A stretch of 32,000 bases of DNA, from the NCBI GenBank assembly GCA_963663995.1, contig OY760660.1, positions 1,470,001 through 1,502,000 of the forward strand, given 5' to 3'. The notes beneath the pieces were generated by a model. The model did no database searches, was not told the origin of the DNA, and worked only from the letters and a program-made list of their open reading frames with translations. Position 1 is the stretch's first letter, and each line of letters opens with the position of its first letter. Of this stretch, positions 19,801 to 29,483 are shown piece by piece. A program made the position numbers and the translations under genes. The stretch is from Erysipelotrichaceae bacterium (GTDB lineage Bacteria > Bacillota_I > Bacilli_A > Erysipelotrichales > Erysipelotrichaceae).

Positions 19801-20355
19801 ATGGGAAATAGAATTATACCTGCCATCTTATCAAATCCATATGATAGCCATGATTTTGATGATGTACTTAAAAAATTATTAGTAAACTACAAAACACTTA
19901 TAAACCAAAGACCATTAGATGAAGCTTTATGTTTAATGGTTAGCACACAGAATTATATCGAAAGAAGTCAGTGGAAAAGAAATCCTTATCTAAATATCCA
20001 AGTTGGAGATTTTTGTTTTATAGACTATGGTAGTGCTTATCAATTAGAAGCAGGATATCAACACTTTGGACTAGTCTTATCTGAATGTAATGGGAAACTT
20101 TTTGTGATACCAATGAGTTCAAATCCATTTATTTTTAAACAAGCTTATGATGAATTTGATCACCCCAAAGGGAAAGTACATTTACATCGTCTCAAGAAAT
20201 GTTGTGGCTTAACTAGAGATTCTACTCTTTATTTGAATGATGCAAAATTTATTTCATCAGCCCGGGTAATAGAAGTCGTAGGTCACTTAGATAGTAAAGA
20301 TTATCGATTTAAGAAAATACAAGATCGATTATTTAAAACGGTATTTTATCGTTGA
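19801..20355 (+). CDS. Hypothetical protein with a C-terminal MazF/PemK-like (CcdB/MazF superfamily) domain and a ~65-aa N-terminal extension (184 aa)
   Basis: Alignment by eye to B. subtilis EndoA/MazF: [27 protein letters not shown] vs [36 protein letters not shown] vs [30 protein letters not shown] vs GFERDSVILLEQIRTIDKQRL. The stop codon abuts the tilS ATG. Confidence 0.55.
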   Translation: [184 protein letters not shown]

Positions 20356-21570
20356 ATGCTATACTTTAATTTGATGAGTAAAGATATTTTAAGTGAGTAC
20401 AAGAATCAAAAATGGATACTAGGTGTCTCTGGTGGACCAGATTCAATGGCTCTTTTAGATATGGCCTATCATGCAGGAGCAGCATGTTATGTTGTACATG
20501 TTAATTATCATAAACGTGACAGTGCACTACGTGATCAAAAAATAGTTGAGGACTATTGTTTAAAACATAAAATAGAATGTTCTGTATATAATGCACCTGA
20601 TTTTAGTAAAGGAAATTTCCAAGAAAAAGCACGTTCCTTTCGTTATCAAAAAATGATAGAAGTTTTAAGGAATGTTGGTGCTGATGCGATGGTTGTTGCC
20701 CATCATAAGGATGATGATTTAGAAACCTATCTCTTTCAAAAAAGTAGATCATCCCAAGTTGATTATTATGGATTAAAAAGTGAAATTATATTTAAGAAAC
20801 ATCGATTAATTCGACCGCTTTTAGATCTTACAAAAAATGAGTTAATCGATTATTGTGAATTGAATCATATTGAATATGGTATTGACGAAAGTAATGAGGA
20901 TCTACGTTATACTCGAAATAAAATTAGAAAAGAATTAAAAGCTTTATCAACTAAAGAGTTAGAAGTACTATTTTTAGAGAAAACAATTAAGAATCAAGAA
21001 CAAGCTAACTATCTAAACTCTCAAAAACAATTATTAGAAGATCACATCATCGAATTAAAGGTTTTCAACAATTTAGCTAATCAAAAGAAATTTTTATTGA
21101 ACTGGTTAAAAGAACATCATGTCAACAAAGCGCTATCGTATGCTTTTCTTCAAGAGTTACTTAGACAAATAAGTGAAGTAAGTTCTTTTGTGATGGAATG
21201 TGGAGATCTCAGAATTGTTAAACAATATGAAAAGATTAGTTTGTTAAGTAAAGAGATAAAACATTATAGCTATACCATTGAAAATACAGAAGATAGAGTA
21301 TTTGAAGAATTTACCTTGGATTTTACAAAAAACGGACAAATTCACATAAATTTGAGTGATTTCCCACTTACAATTAAGTCCTGTGAGGGAAATGAAATAA
21401 TTGGAAACATTCGTTTGAATCGTTGGTTTATTAAACATAAAATTCCTTTAGAGAAAAGAGAATTGTGGCCAGTTATTTACAATTCAAATGGTAAACTATT
21501 ATATATAGTAAATCGCAGTTTTCTTGGTGGGGTAAATCCTAACAAAATCACATTAACTGTGGTAAAATGA
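20356..21570 (+). CDS. tilS: tRNA(Ile)-lysidine synthase
   Basis: PP-loop SGGPDSMALL, HVNYHKR, AHHKDDDLET. Sits in the position upstream of hpt-ftsH. Confidence 0.9.
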   Translation: MLYFNLMSKDILSEYKNQKWILGVSGGPDSMALLDMAYHAGAACYVVHVNYHKRDSALRDQKIVEDYCLKHKIECSVYNAPDFSKGNFQEKARSFRYQKMIEVLRNVGADAMVVAHHKDDDLETYLFQKSRSSQVDYYGLKSEIIFKKHRLIRPLLDLTKNELIDYCELNHIEYGIDESNEDLRYTRNKIRKELKALSTKELEVLFLEKTIKNQEQANYLNSQKQLLEDHIIELKVFNNLANQKKFLLNWLKEHHVNKALSYAFLQELLRQISEVSSFVMECGDLRIVKQYEKISLLSKEIKHYSYTIENTEDRVFEEFTLDFTKNGQIHINLSDFPLTIKSCEGNEIIGNIRLNRWFIKHKIPLEKRELWPVIYNSNGKLLYIVNRSFLGGVNPNKITLTVVK

Positions 21571-21587
21571 CTCAATATGGAGGCACT

Positions 21588-22127
21588 ATGCATAAAGATA
21601 TAGAAACAATATTGATCTCAGAAGAACAAATATCAAATCGCTGTAAAGAACTTGGTCAGGAATTGACTGAATACTACGCAAAAAAAGGTGAAGTACCTCT
21701 GCTTGTGACCTTACTTAAAGGAGCTGTTCCTTTTTTAGTAGAACTAGCAAAAAATATTGAGTTAGATATTGAACTAGACTTTATGGATGTATCATCATAT
21801 GAAGGAACAGAATCAATTGGCGATGTTCGTATTATTAAAGATTTAGATCGTTCTATTAAAGAACAAAGCATTCTCTTAGTTGAAGATATTGTCGACACAG
21901 GTCGTACATTAAAATCGGTTAAGGAATTACTATACAATAAAGGGGCGAGCGATGTTAAAATTGTTAGCTTACTAGATAAACCATCACGACGTGTGATAGA
22001 AATTACAGCTGACTTTGTTGGCTTTGAAATTCCTAATCATTTTGTTGTAGGCTTTGGTTTAGATTTCAATGAAAAATACAGAAACCTAGCTTATGTTGGA
22101 GTTCTAAAAGAAGAATGTTATTTATAA
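21588..22127 (+). CDS. hpt: Hypoxanthine(-guanine) phosphoribosyltransferase
   Basis: PRPP motif LLVEDIVDTGRTL. The N-terminus MHKDIETILISEEQI matches the usual HprT start. GGAGG at 21579-21583 favours ATG 21588 over the track's 21567. Confidence 0.9.
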   Translation: MHKDIETILISEEQISNRCKELGQELTEYYAKKGEVPLLVTLLKGAVPFLVELAKNIELDIELDFMDVSSYEGTESIGDVRIIKDLDRSIKEQSILLVEDIVDTGRTLKSVKELLYNKGASDVKIVSLLDKPSRRVIEITADFVGFEIPNHFVVGFGLDFNEKYRNLAYVGVLKEECYL

Positions 22128-22144
22128 AGGAGTAATATTATTTT

Positions 22145-24001
22145 ATGCGTAATCAGAAACTAACTTCACTTGTACCATATCTATTTGTCATTATGGCGCT
22201 ATCTAGTTTAATGTTTCTTAATTTCAATGGAGAAATTCAAGAACTTACTACTGGCGAATATGAAAAATTATTGAACACAAACGAAGTTGAAACATCAAAT
22301 GTAACTCTTAGTAATGTCGTTATTACGATTGAAGGTTACTACAATGATGCAGACACACTTGTACCTTATACATTAACGGTTCCAAACACAGATCAAAACA
22401 ATGATGCATGGATGGAAAAAATTTATGAGGGAAGTGCAGAAGTAACAGTCATAGATTCCTATGAAAGCAATGTTTTCTGGGATTTAATTGGACAAATTGT
22501 ACCTTTCTTATTATTTGGAGCTTTAGCTTTCTTTCTATTATCTAGAATGAATGGTGGAAACAACAATAAAGCATTCGAATTTGGTCGTTCACGTGCTCGT
22601 TTAGAAGGCGATATAAAAGTTCGCTTTGACGATGTTGCTGGATGTGACGAAGAAAAAGAAGAAATGCAAGAACTCATTGCATATCTAAAGAGTCCTAAGA
22701 AATTTGAAAAAATGGGAGCTCGTATTCCTAAGGGTGTACTCATGGTTGGGGCACCTGGTACAGGTAAAACATTATTAGCGAAAGCTGTAGCTGGTGAAGC
22801 AGAAGTACCTTTCTATTCTATTTCTGGTTCAGACTTTGTTGAAATGTTTGTTGGGGTTGGCGCATCACGTGTTCGTGATATGTTCAAAAAAGCAACTTCA
22901 ACAGCTCCATGTATTATCTTTATTGATGAAATCGATGCCGTCGGACGTCAACGTGGTACTGGTTTAGGTGGCGGTCATGATGAACGTGAACAAACTTTAA
23001 ATCAACTCTTAGTTGAAATGGATGGGATTACAGATAACTCAGGGATTGTCATTGTTGCGGCAACCAATCGTCCTGACGTATTAGATCCAGCTTTATTAAG
23101 ACCAGGTCGTTTTGATCGTCAAATTACAGTAAGTTTACCTGATCGTAAGGGTCGTGAAGCTATTCTTAAAGTTCATGCAAGAAATAAAAAATTAGGTGAT
23201 GATATTGATCTTGAAGCACTCGCTAAAAGAACACCAGGTTTCTCTGGAGCTGATTTAGAAAATGTTCTAAATGAAGCAGCTATCTTAGCAGTGCGTTCAA
23301 ACAGAGATATTGTATTAATGGAAGATTTAGATGAAGCGATTGACCGTGTTATTGGTGGACCTGCTAAAAAATCTAAAAAATATTCTGATAGAGAAAAACG
23401 CTTAATCGCATTCCATGAAGTTGGACATACGATTGTTGGTTTAAAACTTGATGGTAGTGATCTTGTGCAAAAGGTTACGATTATCCCACGTGGCGTAGCT
23501 GGTGGATATAACTTGATGACTCCTCGTGAAGAAACCTTTGTTTCTACAAAGAAAGATTTCTTAGCGAAAATTACAGGATTACTTGGTGGTCGTGTTGCTG
23601 AAGAAGTGTTCTTTGATGAACAAACGACTGGCGCATCAAATGATATTGAACGTGCGACAAGAATTGCACGTGAAATGGTAATGACATATGGGATGAGTGA
23701 TCTAGGTCCTATCCAATATGAACATTCAAGTGGAAATGTATTCTTGGGACGTGATTATAGTGCTTCCCGTAACTACTCTGGTCAAATTGCATTTGAGATT
23801 GATACAGAAGTACGTCGACTCATTGATTCAGCATATGACACTGCAAAGAAAATTGTTAAAGAGAATAGAAAACTCATGGAACAAATTGTGGATGTCTTAA
23901 TTGAACAAGAAACATTAACCGCTGAACAAATTGAAAACATTGTGGAAGGTCGCAAGTTTAATGAATTTGTTACCCCAACAGTTGAAAAGGAAAGCGAATA
24001 A
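22145..24001 (+). CDS. ftsH: ATP-dependent zinc metalloprotease FtsH
   Basis: Two N-terminal TM segments, AAA+ Walker [19 protein letters not shown], Walker [13 protein letters not shown], and Zn-protease HEVGH. Confidence 0.95.
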   Translation: MRNQKLTSLVPYLFVIMALSSLMFLNFNGEIQELTTGEYEKLLNTNEVETSNVTLSNVVITIEGYYNDADTLVPYTLTVPNTDQNNDAWMEKIYEGSAEVTVIDSYESNVFWDLIGQIVPFLLFGALAFFLLSRMNGGNNNKAFEFGRSRARLEGDIKVRFDDVAGCDEEKEEMQELIAYLKSPKKFEKMGARIPKGVLMVGAPGTGKTLLAKAVAGEAEVPFYSISGSDFVEMFVGVGASRVRDMFKKATSTAPCIIFIDEIDAVGRQRGTGLGGGHDEREQTLNQLLVEMDGITDNSGIVIVAATNRPDVLDPALLRPGRFDRQITVSLPDRKGREAILKVHARNKKLGDDIDLEALAKRTPGFSGADLENVLNEAAILAVRSNRDIVLMEDLDEAIDRVIGGPAKKSKKYSDREKRLIAFHEVGHTIVGLKLDGSDLVQKVTIIPRGVAGGYNLMTPREETFVSTKKDFLAKITGLLGGRVAEEVFFDEQTTGASNDIERATRIAREMVMTYGMSDLGPIQYEHSSGNVFLGRDYSASRNYSGQIAFEIDTEVRRLIDSAYDTAKKIVKENRKLMEQIVDVLIEQETLTAEQIENIVEGRKFNEFVTPTVEKESE

Positions 24002-24021
24002 CCCCTATCTTTAGGGGTTTT
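24001..24021 (+). terminator. Short hairpin plus T-tract after ftsH (weak terminator or attenuator)
   Basis: acccct (24001-24006) pairs with aggggt (24013-24018), then tttt. It lies only 9 nt before the hslO ATG, so termination is probably partial. Confidence 0.35.
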
Positions 24022-24029
24022 ATATCGAT

Positions 24030-24899
24030 ATGGACATTTTAATAAAAGCACTTGCGCATCAAGGCGCAATTCGTATTATTGTTTGTGATACGACTGAGAC
24101 TGTAAAACATGCTGCTCAAATACATCATACCTATCCAACCGCATCTGCAGCCTTAGGCAGAACTTTAAGTGCGGCAGCATTATTAGGTAGTCAATTAAAA
24201 GATGAGAATACTAAGATTACCATTCAAATCAATGGTGGTGGTCCATTAGGAACAATCATGGCTGATGTCAATTCAAATTGTGAAGTACGTGGTTTTGTCG
24301 CTAATCCTGGAATATATTTAGTTAACGAAGAGACAAATAAATTAGATGTTGGAAGGGCTGTTGGGAACAATGGTACTTTAAGAGTGACTAAAGATTTAAA
24401 GTTAAAAGATAAATTTACCGGAACGGTAGAATTACAAAGCGGTGAGATTGCTGAAGATTTTGCATATTATTTTACAATCAGCGAACAAACACCATCGGCT
24501 GTTTCATTAGGTGTATTGGTTGATGAACACAACGAAGTAATCGCATCGGGTGCACTAATGATTCAAATGATGCCATTTGCGACTGAAGCAGATATTCAGA
24601 TTGCAGAGGATGTCGTTGCGCACTTAAAACCGATCTCAACAATGATTCATGAAGGCATGAAACCTCAAGAAATTGCGGAAGCACTTTTTCAAGATGTTAC
24701 GATTTTATCATCACAGGAAGTTAGTTTTAAATGTGATTGCAGCAAGGAAAGAATGTTTGAAGCTTTACATAGTTTAAAAGAAAATGAATTACTTGAAATG
24801 ATTGAGGAAGATCACGGAGCTGAAGTCAGCTGTCATTTTTGTAATACAAAATATGCATTTAGTGAGGATGAGCTAAGATCGCTTATTAAATCATCATGA
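24030..24899 (+). CDS. hslO: Redox-regulated chaperone Hsp33
   Basis: C-terminal zinc/redox-switch Cys motif CDCSKER ... CHFCNTKY. 289 aa. Confidence 0.9.
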   Translation: MDILIKALAHQGAIRIIVCDTTETVKHAAQIHHTYPTASAALGRTLSAAALLGSQLKDENTKITIQINGGGPLGTIMADVNSNCEVRGFVANPGIYLVNEETNKLDVGRAVGNNGTLRVTKDLKLKDKFTGTVELQSGEIAEDFAYYFTISEQTPSAVSLGVLVDEHNEVIASGALMIQMMPFATEADIQIAEDVVAHLKPISTMIHEGMKPQEIAEALFQDVTILSSQEVSFKCDCSKERMFEALHSLKENELLEMIEEDHGAEVSCHFCNTKYAFSEDELRSLIKSS

Positions 24900-25879
24900 G
24901 TAAATGGAAAATTGGCGATATTGAAATAGCGAATCAAGTGACCATTGCGCCAATGGCTGGGATTAGTAATGGGGCGTTCAGATCGCTAGTTGCTCATTAT
25001 AAACCTGGTATTATCTATACTGAAATGGTCAGTGACAAAGCAATTGTATATAAGAATGAAAGAACGATGAAGATGTGTGAAGTCTATGAGGGTGAACACC
25101 CGATTGCTTTACAACTCTTTGGCGAAGATGTTGAGTCTATGACACAAGCGGCTATCTATTTGGATACGCAGACCAATTGCGATATTATCGATATTAATAT
25201 GGGTTGTCCTGTTCCTAAGATTGTTAAAGGTTCTGGTGGTGCATCCTTGATGAAGGATCCTGATAAAGCAGTGGCAATTGTAGAATCGATTGTTAAGAAT
25301 GTTAAAAAACCAGTGACAGTTAAAACACGTTTAGGCTGGGATTCTAAGAATATGAATGTAGTTGAATTAGCGAAGCGACTAGAAAAAGCAGGCGCAAAGG
25401 CAATTGCGATTCATGGTCGAACACGTGTTCAAATGTATGAAGGATCTGCTGATTATACTTTGATTAAGGAAGTTAAGGAAGCTTTAAATATCCCTGTTAT
25501 TGTAAATGGTGATATTACCGATATTGATAAAGCGAAAGAAGCTTTAGATTTTACTCACGCTGATGCTTTGATGATTGGGCGAGGAGTTCTAGGACGTCCT
25601 TGGTTTGTTAAGGAAGTCGTCGATGCTTTAGATGGTAAAGAAATTGAAGATATTAGTATTGATGAACGCTTTGAGATAGCTTTATTACATGCGAAAAGAT
25701 TAATAGAACTGAAGGGTGAAGTCCTTGGGATAAAGGAAATGCGTGGACAATTAGGGTGGTATTTAAAAGGTCTTCCGCACTCTCACAGAGTCAAGGATGA
25801 AATCGCAAAGATGATAAGTTTGGAAGATTTTGATAGAATAGTTAAGAATTATCAAAATGAATTAAAAAATAAGGATTAA
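24896..25879 (+). CDS. dusB: tRNA-dihydrouridine synthase (DusB-like)
   Basis: IAPMAGISNGAFR, DINMGCPVPKI (catalytic Cys), HGRTR. ATGA overlap with hslO. Confidence 0.9.
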   Translation: MSKWKIGDIEIANQVTIAPMAGISNGAFRSLVAHYKPGIIYTEMVSDKAIVYKNERTMKMCEVYEGEHPIALQLFGEDVESMTQAAIYLDTQTNCDIIDINMGCPVPKIVKGSGGASLMKDPDKAVAIVESIVKNVKKPVTVKTRLGWDSKNMNVVELAKRLEKAGAKAIAIHGRTRVQMYEGSADYTLIKEVKEALNIPVIVNGDITDIDKAKEALDFTHADALMIGRGVLGRPWFVKEVVDALDGKEIEDISIDERFEIALLHAKRLIELKGEVLGIKEMRGQLGWYLKGLPHSHRVKDEIAKMISLEDFDRIVKNYQNELKNKD

Positions 25880-27370
25880 ATGATGGATATTGAACGTACA
25901 GAACAAGAATTAGTTCGCATTGAGAAAATGAATGCGATGAAAGAGAAAGGCATTGAACCATTTGGTTCGGCTTTTTCAAGAACTCACAGAAGCTCAGATA
26001 TTGTAGAAGCTTATGGAGAACACAGTAAAGAAGATTTAGCTGAACTCAATCAAAACGCAATTATTGCAGGTCGTATTATGACAAAACGCGAAATGGGTAA
26101 AGCGGGTTTTATGCACTTACTTGATCGTGATGGTCAAATACAAGTGTATTTAAGAAAAGATGTTTTAAGTGAAGCGGACTTTGATTTATTCTTAAATGCG
26201 GATTTAGGAGATATTTTTGGGGTTGAAGGTACTATCTTTAGAACCAACCATGGTGAACTATCCGTAAAAGCAACTAAATTAACTCACTTAAGCAAAGCAC
26301 TACGACCACTCCCTGATAAATTTCATGGTTTGAATGATATTGAAGAAAGATATCGTCGACGTTATGTTGATCTAATTGCCAATGATGAAGCAAGAAGAAT
26401 CGCAATGCTTCGACCAAGAATTATTCGTGCTTTTCAACATTACTTTGATGGTTTAGGCATGATTGAAGTTGAAACACCTGTGTTACAACCAATTTTAGGA
26501 GGTGCTGCTGCACGTCCGTTTGTGACTCATCACAATACATTAGATATGGACTTCTACCTTCGTATTGCGACTGAATTACCACTAAAACGTTTAATTGTTG
26601 GTGGTCTTGAAGGTGTTTATGAAATTGGAAGACTCTTCAGAAATGAAGGGATGGATAAATCACATAACCCAGAATTCACAACTGTTGAAGCATACTTAGC
26701 CTATAGTGATATGCAAGGAATGATGAAACTAGTTGAAGGTTGCTTAGAGTTTGTGGCGATGGAAACTTTAAAAACAACTGAAATACATTGGAATGAAAAA
26801 GAAATTTCACTCAAAGGACCATTTAATCGTGTGCATATGGTGGATGCGGTCAAAGAAGCTTGTGGAGTAGACTTCTATCAAGTTAAATCAGTTGATGAAG
26901 CTTTAGAGATAGCAAAGAAACATGAAGTACATGTAGAAAAACATCAAAGAACATATGGTCATATCTTGAACTTATTCTTTGAAGAATTTGCAGAAAAGAA
27001 AATGGTTCAACCAACCTTTGTCTATGGCCATCCAATTGAGATTTCACCTTTAGCGAAGAAAAATACAGAGGATCCTCGTTTTACCGATCGTTTTGAACTC
27101 TTTATTGATGGGCGTGAGTATGCAAATGCATTTAGTGAACTCAATGATCCAATTGATCAACGTGAACGATTTGAAAATCAAATGAAGGAAAAAGATTTAG
27201 GTAATGATGAAGCGAATGAAATGGATGTTGATTTCGTTGAAGCATTAGAATATGGAATGCCGCCTACCGGTGGTGTAGGAATAGGGATTGACCGATTTGT
27301 CATGTTACTTGCGAATACAGAAAGTATTCGAGAGGTTATCTTATTCCCACATATGAAACATAGAGATTAG
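25880..27370 (+). CDS. lysS: Lysine--tRNA ligase, class II
   Basis: Class II motifs [11 protein letters not shown] (motif 2) and [14 protein letters not shown] (motif 3), with an OB-fold N-terminal anticodon-binding region. Confidence 0.95.
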   Translation: MMDIERTEQELVRIEKMNAMKEKGIEPFGSAFSRTHRSSDIVEAYGEHSKEDLAELNQNAIIAGRIMTKREMGKAGFMHLLDRDGQIQVYLRKDVLSEADFDLFLNADLGDIFGVEGTIFRTNHGELSVKATKLTHLSKALRPLPDKFHGLNDIEERYRRRYVDLIANDEARRIAMLRPRIIRAFQHYFDGLGMIEVETPVLQPILGGAAARPFVTHHNTLDMDFYLRIATELPLKRLIVGGLEGVYEIGRLFRNEGMDKSHNPEFTTVEAYLAYSDMQGMMKLVEGCLEFVAMETLKTTEIHWNEKEISLKGPFNRVHMVDAVKEACGVDFYQVKSVDEALEIAKKHEVHVEKHQRTYGHILNLFFEEFAEKKMVQPTFVYGHPIEISPLAKKNTEDPRFTDRFELFIDGREYANAFSELNDPIDQRERFENQMKEKDLGNDEANEMDVDFVEALEYGMPPTGGVGIGIDRFVMLLANTESIREVILFPHMKHRD

Positions 27371-27384
27371 TAACTTATAAATTT

Positions 27385-27417
27385 AAGTGTAGAATGGTAT
27401 TTCTACACTTTTTTTTA
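27385..27417 (+). terminator. Strong rho-independent terminator after lysS
   Basis: aagtgtagaa (27385-27394) pairs with ttctacactt (27401-27410), a 10-bp perfect stem with a 6-nt loop, followed by a run of T residues. Confidence 0.8.
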
Positions 27418-27447
27418 TTCATATTTATTAAAATTCGGATAATCTTG

Positions 27448-27456
27448 TGATATCTT
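27448..27456 (+). promoter_or_regulatory. Extended -10 element (TGaTATCTT) placed 6 nt upstream of the ATG at 27463
   Basis: TG at 27448-27449 and hexamer TATCTT at 27451-27456. No Shine-Dalgarno before the ATG. The geometry fits a leaderless transcript. Confidence 0.35.
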
Positions 27457-27462
27457 AAATCT

Positions 27463-29046
27463 ATGGAAAAATATGATGTCATTGTTGTAGGTGGCGGAAT
27501 GGCTGGATTGACCGCAACCAGTTATTTAAGTTCAAAATACTCGACTATTCTCATTGAAAAAGAATCAACTCTAGGTGGACTTGTTGGTTCATTTGAACTT
27601 GATGGTTTTGTATTTGACAAAGGTGCAAGAGGAATCATAGATTCTGGAATTGTTATGCCGATGTTAAGACAACAAGGCGTTGAAATAGATTTTTTAGAAA
27701 ATCCAATTAAGATGATAGTTGAAGAAGAATCTGTTGATTTGAAAAACAAAGAAGATATTATAAAGTACGGTGATTTGCTTAAAAGAGTTTATCCAGATCA
27801 AATAAGTGAAATTGATCAGATTGTTAAAGAAATTCAAAAAGTAATGACTTATATGGACGTTTTATATGGAATAGAAAACCCATTATTTATGCCTAAACCA
27901 TATTCAAAGGAATATTTAAAAGAAACTTTATTGCCATGGATGATTAAATTTTTACCAAACATTTATAAGGCAATGAAAATGATGGAACCGATAAATGTAT
28001 ATCTAAAGAAAATTTCAAAATCAGAGAGTTTAGTTGATATTATTACCCAACATTTCTTTGAAGAAACACCAACTTTTTTTGCATTATCTTACTTCTCACT
28101 CTTTCTTCAATATCAATATCCTAAAGGTTCAACTCAAAGTTTAGTTGATGCGCTTATAAAAGTTATTTTAAACAACCACACAAAAATTCATACGAGTGAA
28201 GAAGTTTTAAGCATTGACATAAAAAACTCTGTACTTTCAACAAATCTGAACTCATATCAATTTAAAAAGATTGTTTGGGCAGCTGATGTAAATTTAATGT
28301 ACAAACTCATTAATCAATCTGATTTAGAAAGCAGAAATTTAAGAAATCTAGAGAAGATGCTTCAAAAATATAAAAGTTTAAAAGGAGCAGATTCTATATT
28401 AAGCACTTTTGTACAATGTGAAATAGATCCATCATATTTTAAAGAATTATTTGGACCCCATTCATTTTATACTGAACGAAAAAAGGGACTGAGTCATATA
28501 AAATTAGAAGATATTAAAAATGGTCAAGATTTCATTAATGATAAGAGAGAAATATTTAAATGGCTAAAAGATTATCTCTTATATAATACCTTTGAAGTCT
28601 CTATACCTGTTTTAAGAGATGCAAATCTCGCGCCAAAAGGGAAAACTGGTTTAATAATATCAACGCTTTTAGATTATGGATTAACTAAACATATCGAAGA
28701 AAGTGGCTATTATGAAGAATTTAAGGATTTTATTGCGGATGAAATTATTCAAATATTTAGTAAAAAGATTCCACAATTAAAGAATAAGTGTTTAAAGGTA
28801 ATTGTTTCAACACCACTTACCATACAAAAAAAGACTTATGCTCATGAAGGAAGTGTTTCAGGATATTCTTTTTCTAATCATCCGTTCCCTGCAGAGTATC
28901 AATTTTTAAAAGTAAGTCAATCTGTTAAAACACCATTTAAGAATATTAAACAAGCAGGACAATTTGCCTTCAACCCAGCAGGTGTCCCAGTGGCAATATT
29001 AACGGGTAAACTAGCAGCTGATCAAATCATAAAGGAACTAAAATAA
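27463..29046 (+). CDS. FAD-dependent oxidoreductase, phytoene-desaturase/CrtI-like (COG1233-type) family (527 aa)
   Basis: N-terminal Rossmann dinucleotide motif KYDVIVVGGGMAGLTATSYL ... IEKESTLGG. C-terminal FAD segment typical of the CrtI/amine-oxidase superfamily (IKQAGQFAFNPAGVPVAILTGKLAADQI). Confidence 0.75.
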   Translation: MEKYDVIVVGGGMAGLTATSYLSSKYSTILIEKESTLGGLVGSFELDGFVFDKGARGIIDSGIVMPMLRQQGVEIDFLENPIKMIVEEESVDLKNKEDIIKYGDLLKRVYPDQISEIDQIVKEIQKVMTYMDVLYGIENPLFMPKPYSKEYLKETLLPWMIKFLPNIYKAMKMMEPINVYLKKISKSESLVDIITQHFFEETPTFFALSYFSLFLQYQYPKGSTQSLVDALIKVILNNHTKIHTSEEVLSIDIKNSVLSTNLNSYQFKKIVWAADVNLMYKLINQSDLESRNLRNLEKMLQKYKSLKGADSILSTFVQCEIDPSYFKELFGPHSFYTERKKGLSHIKLEDIKNGQDFINDKREIFKWLKDYLLYNTFEVSIPVLRDANLAPKGKTGLIISTLLDYGLTKHIEESGYYEEFKDFIADEIIQIFSKKIPQLKNKCLKVIVSTPLTIQKKTYAHEGSVSGYSFSNHPFPAEYQFLKVSQSVKTPFKNIKQAGQFAFNPAGVPVAILTGKLAADQIIKELK

Positions 29047-29481
29047 ATGTTAGATTTAAATGCACAAACAGTTAGAGATCTCTGGTCAAAAACGTATAAC
29101 GATAAAGATAAGCCAGACTGGTCGCATATCTTTCCTTACTATGATGAGAATATTGTTTTCATGGATTCCATTCAAAAAGTCGAGGGGTTTGAAGACTTTA
29201 AGGCGATGTGTGAGCGATTAACTGATCGTTGCGAAACCCTAAGCATGGATTTGTCTGAAGTTATTAAAGAAGGTGATCTCATTATCTTAGAATGGAAAAT
29301 GACCATGGAATTTAAAAAGACACCAAGCACTCCGATTTTCGGGGCAAGTTTTTTACGTTTAAATGACAAAGGGAAAATTGTTTCACAACGCGATTATTAT
29401 GATTTATGGGGTGACATCTTTAACGGTATACCAAAATTCAAACCTCATTATCGAAAATTTATGAAGAAACGATTTGGTTAA
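29047..29481 (+). CDS. SnoaL-like / NTF2-fold protein (144 aa)
   Basis: Size and pattern typical of SnoaL_2/NTF2-like cone folds (YDENIVFMDSIQKVEGFEDF ... GDLIILEWKMTMEF ... GASFLRLNDKGKIVSQRDYYD). The start is the very next base after the upstream stop codon. Confidence 0.6.
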   Translation: MLDLNAQTVRDLWSKTYNDKDKPDWSHIFPYYDENIVFMDSIQKVEGFEDFKAMCERLTDRCETLSMDLSEVIKEGDLIILEWKMTMEFKKTPSTPIFGASFLRLNDKGKIVSQRDYYDLWGDIFNGIPKFKPHYRKFMKKRFG

Positions 29482-29483
29482 TC

